Under the pieces are notes generated by a model that made no database searches, was not told the origin of the DNA, and saw only the letters and a list, made by a program, of their open reading frames with translations. Shown piece by piece: positions 25,530 to 37,937 of a stretch of 64,000 nucleotides of DNA. Origin of the DNA: Octopus vulgaris. Taxonomy: Eukaryota. Both the position numbers and the translations under genes were made by a program. Position 1 is the first letter of the stretch. Every line of letters begins with the position of its first letter. Where the stretch lies: positions 108,872,001 through 108,936,000 of the forward strand of contig OX597817.1 of the NCBI GenBank assembly GCA_951406725.2, read 5' to 3'.

Positions 25530-28500
25530 ATATATAAATATATATATATATATATACACATTTCACAGTTCGTTTTACAACTACATTCTCTTTTAATTAA
25601 GCAAATATTTTGGTCATAGTTTAAATAACAATATCCAATAAGATTGATGGAAAGTGTAAGTGATAGTGCTAAATCATTTTCTCATTTAAAATGGTACATC
25701 ATAAATAAATTTGCTCTATAATCCACGAAATATATTACAAACTAACACTTTCATAATATTAATTCCAAAAAATATTCATAAAGAAAACTTTGCGCAAGTG
25801 TTAAATGTAGACATTAAGTCGATCTTTAAATAACTCAGCATTTAATTGTAAGATAATTGCGACTTAATAAACAGAGACACGAGCAAATAATTAATTCTAA
25901 TAAACTAAATTCTAATGAATGGTGTCGACGATCAATTCAATGTTAATAATTAACGGCCTGAAAACCTATTATTAGAAATTAAGTCCGCCTGAATTAAACC
26001 CTTTTTAGAGATTATTAAAAAGTTACATAAAATAAAACATCTCGTTTTTATAATTTTCACAAGAATATACTGGACTAGGTGTAGGTTATTTGCTGCAAAG
26101 ATTATTTGTAAAAGAAAAAAAAACAGCAAAACGAAAACGATACGGAATAACTTATGGAAATAACCAACAGTCACCGATATAAATCCTCTGCAGATGAAAA
26201 TCGTGGAAGTTAACATAAAGACATTAGTCGAAGTGACGCATGCGTATTATTGGTATTACCTCCAGATATCTACGCTTAGGATAATAATACTTTTCTCTAT
26301 TTCCGATATCACCACATCGACCATAGATACCATTTATCTTTAACAGTAGAAAATATTTTGTGAGACTACATTTAGACTTCAATGATGACTTCAACTATGT
26401 CAACTGTGACATTGATTACTATAAGAAGAAAACTCTATTAGAAAAGAAACTTAATAAGATCACATGCACGTATACACACACACACACACATACATACACA
26501 CAACACCTTCACTTACATACCCACACACATATACACTCACAAACATATAAGGCGGTTATATTTCTTATCCAGTAAGGTTATCTATAAGATCGCTCTATCT
26601 TGCTTATGCATGTATACATCTATACATACACACATAATACACACACGCACGCACGCACGCACACACATTGATTTGGAACAATTTGATGAGAGAAGTAATG
26701 TTTAATCATTGAGAGCAGGCAACAAAAGCAATCAGTAACAAAAAATAAACAGTACTGGACAATATATAAAAAAAAATTTAATACAAAGACGTCAGATGAC
26801 ATTTTTCTTCCCCTCCTTAAATTCAGTATTACTGTGTAAAAGTATTCAAATGTTGCTTCGGAAATTTGTAAAACCCAGTGGGCGTCTGTCCATAACAAAC
26901 AAAATTCGTTGAATAGACGCCAATATTCGAATGTTTGTTATTGGCTTTCGTTGCTGGTTGTTGTGAAATCTTAACAATATTTGAAAATGTAATAAGATTG
27001 TGTATGTTGATGAAATGTTAAAATTATTTTACCGTATCCTTAGTGGCAGAAGAGAGAACATACCAAAAATATTCGAAGCCTTTGATTTTCAAAGAAAAAC
27101 TGGCGCCCCCTATTATATTTCTTGATCTTTCTTGAACTGTTTTTGTTGATGATGGTAATCAATAATCGAAATGCTAGATGTATCTACGTCTACTTTCTAC
27201 TTCTGTTATCACTTTTGTTATCACTTCTGTCTTTTGAACATATTTATTGCGCGACTCATCTTCGAAATTTCTTCAACTTATCAGGTTTTCCAGTTCTATC
27301 ATCGTTATATTGACTATCCTTTAGGAAGAAGATTTCACTATAGCTCTTCTCAAAAATTATTTCCTTTAAAACTATTTTACTATCAAGTTTTTCCATTTAA
27401 CTGTTAATGAGCAACAATTAAATTTGAGCATTAATTATTTATTGACTCGTTTCTGATAACTTGCTCCTATCTCAATTTTCGAAGCCATATAAAGACAAAA
27501 TAGAGTTCATGTTGCCTGCGGGTTAATGGATAATGGAAAAGTCTCCAAATTCGTAGCCACAGTACAAATGCAGAAGCTAATATTTCTATTTCCTTTCTTT
27601 GATAGCAACACCAGCTAATGTAATATCAAACTACCTAAATACTTAACATAACCATGTTGGGAAGAAATATAAATAAATTGAAGTACTCTTGGTGGTCATT
27701 CTCTTGCTTTCATTGTCAGGTATGCTAGCTATTAAGCACACTGTTTTCAATGTACAAAGCTTCTGCCAGATTTAATGAATTCTATCTACATTACATTTGA
27801 CAGAATTTTAATAAAGTTACAGACTTTGGTCACTTGAGAATTGGCACCGAGCTTTCTGTGTGGTCAGGCGCTTAGATCACAGGTATGAATAGGCGACATA
27901 GTGACAGAATATTCACTACATTTGTGGCCAACAGTATAATCTAGTTGTCTATCAGTTAACACTTCACATATATTTCTGGAAGTATTTCAAGTCGAAAATT
28001 TTGGAAAACATCCAAAATGTCTTAACTTGATATGGTATCTACCACTGTTATTTCAGATTCCATGTACTCGAGATCATATCACTACCAACGATTACTAGTG
28101 GAAAAGATTCAACATTTAATTTTATAATAGCAGCTTGATCAATTTATGTATTTCGAAATTTCTGTTTAATTCACCCATGGAACAACATTAAGTACAATCA
28201 TTTGGCTCTCACTTTTCTTCCTTCCACATTTCATCTTGAGTAGATTCCAGCGAAGAGTAAATATAGTAATACATTTTCTGCCGGTTCTTAACGTGATGGT
28301 AAATATTTTTTATTCCCTCATTGTAATATCTGAAGCTAGTTTTCGTTTTTCATCGAAACCTATCAATGAAAACCGAACACTGTTAGGATTACAAAGGATG
28401 AAAAACATAAAGGAAAAAAATCAATTATGATTAATTAAACTTGCCAAACTTGAAGATGCTAAACATTGCTATGTGTTAAGAATTTTCCGATTATATCGTT

Positions 28501-28859
28501 GAGATAAATTATTTAATTATTTTTCACACATTATTTTCGCTAAATCTATATTAATTCAATAATATTTTATATAGTAAACGTGATGCCAACCAGTGCTGAT
28601 AGATATTTAATAAAATTCAGGGCTGTGAATTTACCACATTTTTTTCTTTCTTTCACATATGACCAAATAAATATATATTTATTTCAATACACATTACTGG
28701 CTAAAGTATTTATCACAAAATATAGAATTGTGTGAGAATAATTGAATTTCAATGACGTATTAAGCTTTAAATTTTTTAATGCGATTTTATTGAAAGTGGG
28801 TGGATTATATTCGAATATCATTCTAGATGACGGCATTATTATAGCCTCTGATTAGGTTT

Positions 28860-29342
28860 TGCCTTTTGCCTTGCCGACGTGAGTTGAAAATGTTTCAGCC
28901 ATGTACATACCATAGTCCATAAGATTTTAGTATCTGAGTATGAAGAATATGTAGCATCCATAAAGTTTAGAGGATCCACGAGGCTAATTAAATCAATGTA
29001 CTTGATGTGCACGCTGGACATTCTTTGAGTGACAGCAGAGGGAAAAAGACGAGGGCTGTTTGGGAATAAGTTGACGTTCCATTGATGAAAGATTAGGCAA
29101 AATGGTAAGCGAATATACAGTAGAAGTAATGCGAGAATGAGTAACGAATGAAATGGATAGACTTAAGACGGAATGGTATGTAGTTATACAGTTCAGAGGA
29201 GGAAGAGCCATTCTTGTAGCAATACAATGGATACATTGTCGCTCTCCTTCTGGTTCAGAGGTTGTAGAGTGTCGCTAAGTGTAACATTGACAATCAGTTA
29301 GCTAACCTTATTGTTGCGATTGTGTAGCAGCAGTGCCGACTC

Positions 29343-29393
<51 letters not shown>

Positions 29394-29880
29394 GACTGTT
29401 TTCTACTTAAGCTCTTAGTTGGAGAAAGACAATAATTGATATCAACTGAAATATTATCTCTTGATATGAAACAACTGTTTTTATACATAATTAGCATTAT
29501 TTTGTATATAGGATCAGTAGGAAATAACAGCGAGACCAAGCAGTATTTATAGTGAATTTCACGGTTTTAGTTGCGCGTTGTATCATATTACTTCCTTTAT
29601 ATGAGCAATGATTGTACATACGAACATTACATATCGTTTCCAGATACATGTTAATACGGATAATGTTTGGCGTGAATTTTCTAGGTTCCATTTGAAGGAC
29701 ACCTGCATGGATAGTGTTATGGATTTGTGAATAGTGATATCATTTACATAGTAGTGAGAATAAGCAGGTTATTGATGTATAGGAAAAATAGTGCAAGGGA
29801 AAGTAAATGAACAGTATGGTGCCCCAATGTTAAAAATGTGCGGTGCAGAGAGAATCCAGGCAGAATACTCTGAAAGGACA
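28860..29880 (-). mobile_element. Decayed LINE RT remnant split by a (TA)n-associated insert
   Basis: Minus strand LLSLALFFLYINNLL (29760-29810) matches the RT motif LSPTLFLLYINDL; downstream sequence is degenerate. Confidence 0.5.
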
Positions 29881-31246
29881 ATACAAAATAGAAGTTATAC
29901 GTCGTAGGTAGGCATCTTAGAAAGTTCTCTTGTAATTTGCTTGTTTCAAATACGACATGTGTTTCACGAAATTTCTTAACTGGTAACAAGGGTGACTTCT
30001 AGAAGATTTGGATGTATTAAGTGTATAGTGTCTGACATTGAAGAAGGAAGGAACCTTCAATAGGTTATCTACACTTAATCGTCTTTTACATAAGATACTG
30101 CATAGCTCATAGAAGGTTGTCAGTTATTGTTTTTTCTCACCATATGTCATTCTTGTTTTGTTCAATTACGGTTACTTTAAGTATACCACAGCTTGATAGG
30201 TATATGTTTAGGTTCCCATTGTGACCTCTTATGTATGAGAGAGTTCATTACACTCCAATCACGATGTGTTTATACACGGTGATAAATCATAAAAGCATGA
30301 TGATGATGTTTATGTGTTCCAATGAAAAGAAAAACAGGTATTGCGATTACCTGCAAGATTCTATTGAATCGAGTTTATCTCTTTGCAATCTGTCATAGGT
30401 ATTTTACTGGATTCGATCGAAATGATATCATCATGTTCCAACGATAGAAATCGCTATTATCATTTTCTTTTGTACATCATGTTAGTAATTCCGCGCGTGA
30501 GTTGAAAATCGTGAAAACGTCATGAGAATATGTGTATAGAAATCTTAGTTTACTTCATTTGGAGAAAAATCTTTTATAAGGATGAATCATTTTAATCTTA
30601 AACAGAAGTAATAAAAGATAACAGCCTGTTATCATTGTTGTTGACAGTCTATTTAAAGCCGGGAAACAAATCCAATTAAGGCCTAAATCCGAAAATCAAA
30701 ACTGAAATGCGTTATCGACACTTTCGTGGACAGTGCAAATAATATGGTCTTATATAGGATGACAGTTATGTTGATAGCAAAAGTTTGCAAACATACCGAA
30801 CGCTCTGTTCTATGTGCTCTGACAAAGCGATCAGCTTCGATAAATAATGAAAAAGGTGCATAAATAGCGGTTTCATAACTCCAGCAACGTTGTGAAATCC
30901 CAGCGGGAATGGGAACCATTAATTTATCAAAGTAGGCTTATAGATTCTTTGATCAGAATAATTGCTTGCTATATATCATTATTTTTGTTAATTTGAAATC
31001 AGTCAGGTGAAGCTCGTATTTCCACTTCTCGAATTTTCTCTACTTTACACTCTATGCTTTGAAAGCAAGCCGCTTTAACAAAAGCACACATTAACATGCA
31101 ACCATAAAAACAACATACAAAAAACTATATATATATATACACATATATAATATCCTAATCATGAAGAAGTAAACCTTTCACACACACACGCGCACACTCA
31201 CACGTATGTATGTATGTATGTATGTATGTATGTATGTATATATGTA

Positions 31247-31294
<48 letters not shown>

Positions 31295-31821
31295 TATGTA
31301 TGCTGGTAATGTGTGCGTGCACAGGCACATTTGAAGTATTAGCTATTTATTCGGTACTTTATTTTCTAACACCTATGCTTTGCGGTTCACTTGATATAAT
31401 TAACACACTTGACATGTCAAAGCTAGGGACTCTCTAACTTTATCTATGCGAGAGAAGGAAAATATGTGTTCCCTTCAAAACAATAATGCAACAAACTTAA
31501 TTAACAAGAAATTACACGATTAAGAACGAGCAAAGTAAGTGATTATTATGCCTTAATTAATAACGATGGTGTTTTGGTAGACTCTATAGAATCCCGAGAG
31601 AAGCATTTTCGCAATATATGTTACTCTTCTATGCTCTGATTTCAAGTTTCGCTGAAATTTCGCTGTGTATTTCATGTTTTTGATTTAGTAGATATTATAT
31701 GTTATACAAGATCTACAGGTAAATTTATTTTACTATATGCTATTTTAAATCTCTCACGCTAGGATGAGAAATAAAACTAAAACATATGTCGTGGATGGAT
31801 GATATTACAGCTATGTCCTAG

Positions 31822-32010
31822 ATAAGCTGAAAAATGTTTAGCGGCATTTCGTACGTCTTCACATCTGCGTTCAAATTCCAACGAGGTCAATTTTGCTTTT
31901 GATCCTTTCGAGGTCGATAAAATAAGTACCAGCTGAACACTGGGGTTAATGTACTCAACTTATCCCCTCCTCCGAAATTACTGGTCTTCTGCCAAAATTT
32001 GAAATCAATA
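31822..32010 (+). mobile_element. SINE family A, 5'-eroded
   Basis: gcgttcaaattcc B box; cctttcgaggtcgataaaataagtaccag core. Confidence 0.8.
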
Positions 32011-32228
32011 TTTGAAACACATTTTATATTAAACTATTCAGTTTCATCTGAACACAAGTTTAAAGTTCGTAGTATATAGTCGATTAGCTCCAAAATTGAT
32101 CTAGTCCGTATTTTCTCAGTAACTAATATAGAAATGTTATATATAACCATATACATAACCATATACCCCAAGGTATTTTCTTCAGCACTCAATCGTTTCC
32201 GTCATCTATATATATATATATATATATA

Positions 32229-32945
32229 TTGATCAAAATAAAATAAAAACATGATGCGAAGGATTCAGCGGTACATATGTTTCGGGCCTTTATTAGACAG
32301 ATTTATAACAATGCATAATGTATGTCTGTGGCCTTCTTCAGCCGCGCACAACAGCTTCCACAAGGACATGTGTTACATCAAAAATTCTTGGTTGGGGATG
32401 CAAATCCTCTCATTCACGTACGACATAATGCGGCAGCAGCATAGAATTGAAGCGTCCATCTCTTTCTTCTCTCAATGTAGAATGAGGAAAATTGGATGTT
32501 GAGGTAATGTAAATAAATAAATACATATATAGAGGTGAGGATGGAGGGGCAAGAGTTCGGGACGAGGGATAAAAAATGTATAAAAAGTGTAAGTATAGAA
32601 TAATATAAAAATGTAGAGGATAAAGATATAAAGAGTTGTAAGGAGATGTAAAGGGGGTATAAAGAAATATAAAGAAATATAAATAAATGTAAAGGCATAA
32701 GGTTATAAAGTAAAAATAGAAATAGAAATAAAAGTAAAAAAACCTGATAAAAACATGATAAAAGTGTAAAAGAATGTAAAGATAAGGGATGTATAGAGGT
32801 TACGGACCAAGCATGGTGGTCAGGAGATTGATAAAATTTAGTTGTAGAATTGTCAGTAAATCAACAGTTTCGTCTGGGGACTTAATGCGTTGTAAATCAG
32901 AGCTGATGAGCATTTAATCTGGTTCCTTGAATTAAATGGACTTCT
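32229..32945 (-). mobile_element. Penelope-like pseudo-LTR remnant carrying the hammerhead
   Basis: Abuts (TA)n and contains the hammerhead; boundaries approximate. Confidence 0.5.
32268..32345 (-). ncRNA. Type I minimal hammerhead ribozyme with intact core (Penelope-like)
   Basis: Minus strand: gcgg-CUGAAGA-a-ggcc[acaga...ucugu..]ggcc-c-GAAAC-auau-GUA-ccgc. Stem I gcgg/ccgc; stem III region is the palindrome ACAUAUGU. Confidence 0.8.
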
Positions 32946-34238
32946 AGTACATACATATCATCATGGATACATACACCCACATACACGCGTACATATACGC
33001 CTCCAAGCCTATAAGCATACACACGCACTCGCGTGGGTGCGTGTGTGTTTATGTACGTGTTTATGTACGTGTTTATGTACGTGTTTATGTACGTGTTATC
33101 ATTGGCAATTTTCTAGATTCAAAGTATTGCTTATATGCCGGCATAGATTGCATTAATATTTAAACCGATTAAAACAATTCGTACAGATAGAAATAGGTGA
33201 CGCTTAACAAGGCATATCCGTATACTATTTCCGTAACTAATCTTTGCAACAAGCTATTTCCGTAGTATGATATACATATTCCCGAATACATTTCAAGAGA
33301 AATCTTTCCTGAGATTGCCTGCGATAATAATTAAATCCTATATACAAGAATAATTACAATTGCTATTTCTACTGTCAGCATATATTATAAGGTGATTCAA
33401 TGAATATAAGATAGCGAATGCTGCTGTAAAGTATTTCTTTTCATCTCTCTTCCTCTTGTATAAGAATTTGAATGGCACCAACATTGCTTCGGGCTGAACA
33501 AGGGGAACATTGGGAATCTATAATTCGATCCTTTCATAAACATCCAAGATAAAATGTACTCAAGAAACAAAACGAAATATGTAAATCAGATATAAAAACA
33601 CAATCTCATGCGAATATTATACCTATTTGCGAATATACCTATAAAGGGGTAAATTCAAGAAGATGTTCTCCCACTCATGCACATTGCCTTCATTTCTTAT
33701 CAGAGAAATTATGCGGTAATTCAAATTTTGCAATGCTAAATAGATGACTTAATTTTATTCCCAGTAACAAAATATTGAATTAGTTTTACACTAGAGACCT
33801 TAGCGCGAACATTGACATACGGATATGCTTCTGGATACTTCGTATCATCAAAAATGCTAAACTCTGATAGTTCAATATTTCAAATGACCTTCCACCAAAT
33901 CTGGTCTGAAGCGACTCATTCCTTTTAGAGACGGATACAATCATTGTAAAATATCTCGGTCACTTGAAATATGTTGTGAATCATTGCAGTTATTCCATGT
34001 TGTCAGAGAGAGAGAAAGAGAGACGAAGGGATACCACGAAACAGAGAGAGAGAGAAAGAAAGAGAGAGGAAGGGATACCATGAGAGAGAGAGGGAGACAG
34101 AGAGAGACAGAGAGAACGAGAGAATCATAAAACGTCTAATGATAAGTCAGCGCCAAATCAACGACGTAACTAGGTGACGCCAAAATGCCTAAGCCAAAAT
34201 GTCTGTCATACACAATAAGGCACACACGTACGCACGCA

Positions 34239-34269
<31 letters not shown>

Positions 34270-34899
34270 TTGTACACACACGTACTCACTCATTTATATA
34301 AATATAAAACGCTAGAGTATTATTATAGACTATTAAAATTAGTACACAGGTTTTCGAGTTATTTTGTGTTGATTTTATATAAAAATATATGTATCTCCGC
34401 TTGTGTTTACATAACCCCTGTAGATAAGTGCACGTGCATGCGTGAAGATGTTTCTATCATTTCTTTCTCTCTCTCCATCTCTCCTTGTACAGAAGACTGT
34501 GTGTAAGTATGAATGTAAACTTGTATGCCTGTCTGTCTGTGTTTGTATATGTGTCTGACGTTTAACCCGTCATTACCTCCTTCAAATCTGCGCAAATGTT
34601 TTCAAAACTCCTGGCGGTCTATTTACATTATTCCACTTTAAACTTTTACATACTCGTTCTATAAACCCTCTTCCGTTACCTTTTGTTTCGCCTCTTCCTC
34701 CCTAAACCTAATTTATTTATTTTTCCTCATCAGTTGATATTTTCTCTTTTCAAAGGAAAATACTGCCCTTGAAAATCGATTCTTTGAAAGCATAAACTGC
34801 CTTTTATTATTTGAGCTATTTTCTATTTGTTTTTCTCGGTGCAGATTGTTGCTACCTGTGTGTTTTGATGCAACTACACACGCACGCACGCACAAACAA

Positions 34900-34932
<33 letters not shown>

Positions 34933-34938
34933 TACACA

Positions 34939-34986
<48 letters not shown>

Positions 34987-34989
<3 letters not shown>

Positions 34990-35884
34990 TACATATGTGG
35001 AAAATCAATGCGTATTTGTTTGTGGAGTTGTTTGCTAATTCCTCCTACATCGTTGTATTGATTTTGATGAAACTTGACACGTGAGTAAAACACATGTCTG
35101 GAAACCTCGTGACATACTTAGATTGTTGTGAAAATCAATAATACGGCCACTGGAAGGGACCTTTATATCTACCTCATATAACATTTTTTTAACACCCAAG
35201 GGAAATAACCCATACCACCTGCAGATTTTAGTGAAGCGATCAATATTTGATTCTCACAATCAGCCCATCTAATTCTGCATTTCACTACTCCCAGTTTGGA
35301 ACTGCTAAACATTATTATTGCACTTCCTTGATTTTAATCTTAAACATTAAAGACGTTGTTCATGCATTTCTATGCATACATACTTTTTTGAATGATCATT
35401 ACTCCGATAATTCTGCATTTGTACAGTTACACTTTTTCCATGACAGCAGATAAATTTTTTTATTCCACAACGTATTCATAGTGGCTTCATGCAGGTATAG
35501 CGTGGATTCGATCCTCGATTGCTAAATTTCACTTAAACACTCCAGCAGCGCTTTTCTCCTGGTAAAACAATAGTTTTCCTGTGAATAACAGCAGTTATAC
35601 ATTTCCAAGATGCCTTCCCTAAGCAGAATAATGTCTGCCTCTCGCCAACCTCCGACAACCTTTCTCACCAACCTTCGACAATCTCTCTCGACAACCTCCG
35701 AGACAACCTCTCTCACCAATCTCCAACAATCTCTCCGTCATCCAGTTGACAGTTTTTGTACTTTTACGTGACGGAAAATACAACTTTTGTGGCAGTTATA
35801 GCGAAATTGCTTTCTTATATCAGAGTAATAAGGTGTTTCAATAGAACATCTTTACCCCCGGGAATTATCGGGTACACCAGCTAG
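34987..35884 (+). mobile_element. Non-autonomous Helitron (~0.9 kb)
   Basis: Starts A|TC at 34987 and ends with hairpin cccgg-gaatta-tcggg (35857-35872) then CTAG|T (35881-35884). (TA)n on both sides. Internal CCTCTC/GACAA minisatellite at about 35640-35740. Confidence 0.75.
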
Positions 35885-35889
35885 TATAA

Positions 35890-35935
<46 letters not shown>

Positions 35936-35946
35936 GTATGATATAG

Positions 35947-35982
<36 letters not shown>

Positions 35983-36257
35983 AGTGTGTGTGTGTGTTTG
36001 TATGTATGCAAATATGTATGTATTTAAGTAATAATTTCATATTCAGGTAGACAACTTTTTGTATGCAGTTTAAACCCTGTTACAGTATTCGGCTTCCTGA
36101 TGTCACCGACAGCATGGAAGATTATACCACTGGATCTGTTCAAGAATTCTTTCGTGTCTGAATAATAAAGCATCTCGTGAATTCCATTTTATTTCTCTCA
36201 CAGAAACACACACTAACTCCCGCACATCCACACATATTTATATATAAACCTTTATGC

Positions 36258-36400
36258 CATAAGCACAAGGCCTGAAATTCTGGGTGTGAGAGCTATTTGA
36301 TTACATTAACCGTAGTGTACAACGAGTACTTATCGATCACGAAACGATCACGAAAAGCAAAGTCGGCTTCGGTAGAATTTCGCCTGGCGTGGAAATAATT
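36258..36400 (-). mobile_element. Degenerate SINE family A fragment
   Basis: aagcacaaggcctgaaatt, gtacttatcgatc and gcaaagtcggcttcggtagaattt blocks. Confidence 0.55.
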
Positions 36401-36419
36401 CTTTCAATTCACAACATTC

Positions 36420-36420
36420 A

Positions 36421-36473
<53 letters not shown>

Positions 36474-36487
36474 GAAGAAGAAGAATG

Positions 36488-36548
<61 letters not shown>
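36420..36548 (+). repeat. (AAT)n tract 1 with internal (AAG)n
   Basis: Direct reading. Confidence 0.95.
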
Positions 36549-36872
<324 letters not shown>

Positions 36873-37137
36873 GCCCAGAAAGAATATAAGAGACATCATG
36901 ACAATATAGCAAGGATTGTCCATTGGACACTCTGGGAACAGTAAGCAGAAATCTTGAGAAGTACATGGAATAAATAGAGGCTGCAATAAGGGTGGATCAC
37001 TTGCAGAAAATAGCACTGCTTCGAACCGCTTGAATACTCCGGATAGTGCTTGAAAAGTCAGGGGTGTTACTTTAGTTCACTGGTAGTGAACAGCTGGCAC
37101 CGTAGTACATCTCCAGCGTTAGAAGCTATACAAAGAC
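36873..37137 (+). mobile_element. 5'-truncated, internally deleted Dong/R4-type element, fragment 2
   Basis: Encodes AQKEYKRHHDNIARIVHWTL (cf. APTEYPNRHDRAAQYIHWVI) joined to LGTVSRNLEKYME*IEAAIRVDHLQKIALLRTA*ILR. A third distinct 3' UTR. Confidence 0.85.
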
Positions 37138-37140
37138 AAC

Positions 37141-37220
<80 letters not shown>

Positions 37221-37284
37221 CAGCAACAACAACAGCAGCAGCAGCAGCAACAACAACAACAACAACAACAATAATAACAATAAC

Positions 37285-37335
<51 letters not shown>
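37138..37335 (+). repeat. (AAT)n tract 3 with internal (AAC)n/(CAG)n
   Basis: Direct reading. Confidence 0.95.
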
Positions 37336-37336
<1 letters not shown>

Positions 37337-37841
37337 GCCTTGATGCAGTACCAGGCAGTGGCTCTGATTGGAAGTGTTATCAGGTACGTTGTTTAGTCTT
37401 GGCATAAAAGACAGGCTACAGCAAATATTCTACTCACTATCATAGATTTGCTTGTCAGTTGTTTGACGTTAACCAGTTGAGCATGTCCCTTAGTGGCTGA
37501 CAATATGTGCATCTATGATCATTAGCCGAAGTAGTGGGGAAGCATCATAGACACGTGTTAAAAGGAATTCTTTGGTGTTTGGATAATTCACATTTGGAAA
37601 CAAGGGTGTTTCGTTCAACCTTTTGAGCGGGATGGGCTACTCGGCCTAAAGAAAATTCTAAAGGAGTCCCACCTGCAAGGTTATACACTGTTTATCTTGA
37701 TATGAGATCAGCATGTCGCGCACATATGGTTGCGATGCATGTGCCTTGTGTACCGTCATTAGATGTGTAGTCATGATGGGTATATTGGGCTTCGTATATT
37801 TTACCCCAGTGTCAATTTGGTGGCATACACTGCTCTCTCAC

Positions 37842-37843
<2 letters not shown>
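37336..37843 (+). mobile_element. Probable 3' UTR-only Dong-type insertion (fragment 3)
   Basis: About 510 bp non-coding, bounded by (AAT)n on both sides like its neighbours. No protein homology seen, so the assignment rests on context. Confidence 0.55.

Positions 37844-37935
<92 letters not shown>
37844..37935 (+). repeat. (AAT)n tract 4
   Basis: Direct reading. Confidence 0.95.

Positions 37936-37937
<2 letters not shown>

Noticed and set aside
26200-27310. Promoter and first exon (GACGCATGCG, GACGTCA, minus-strand donor near 27031)
   Set aside because: Short motifs expected by chance; no recognisable coding sequence.
32895-32942. Plus-strand CTGATGAG followed by a catttaat/attaaatg stem
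   Set aside because: No GAAA or cleavage triplet follows; at most a truncated half hammerhead.
34670-34736. Minus-strand CUGAUGA...GAAAC...GUA
   Set aside because: Stems I and II do not pair; chance co-occurrence.
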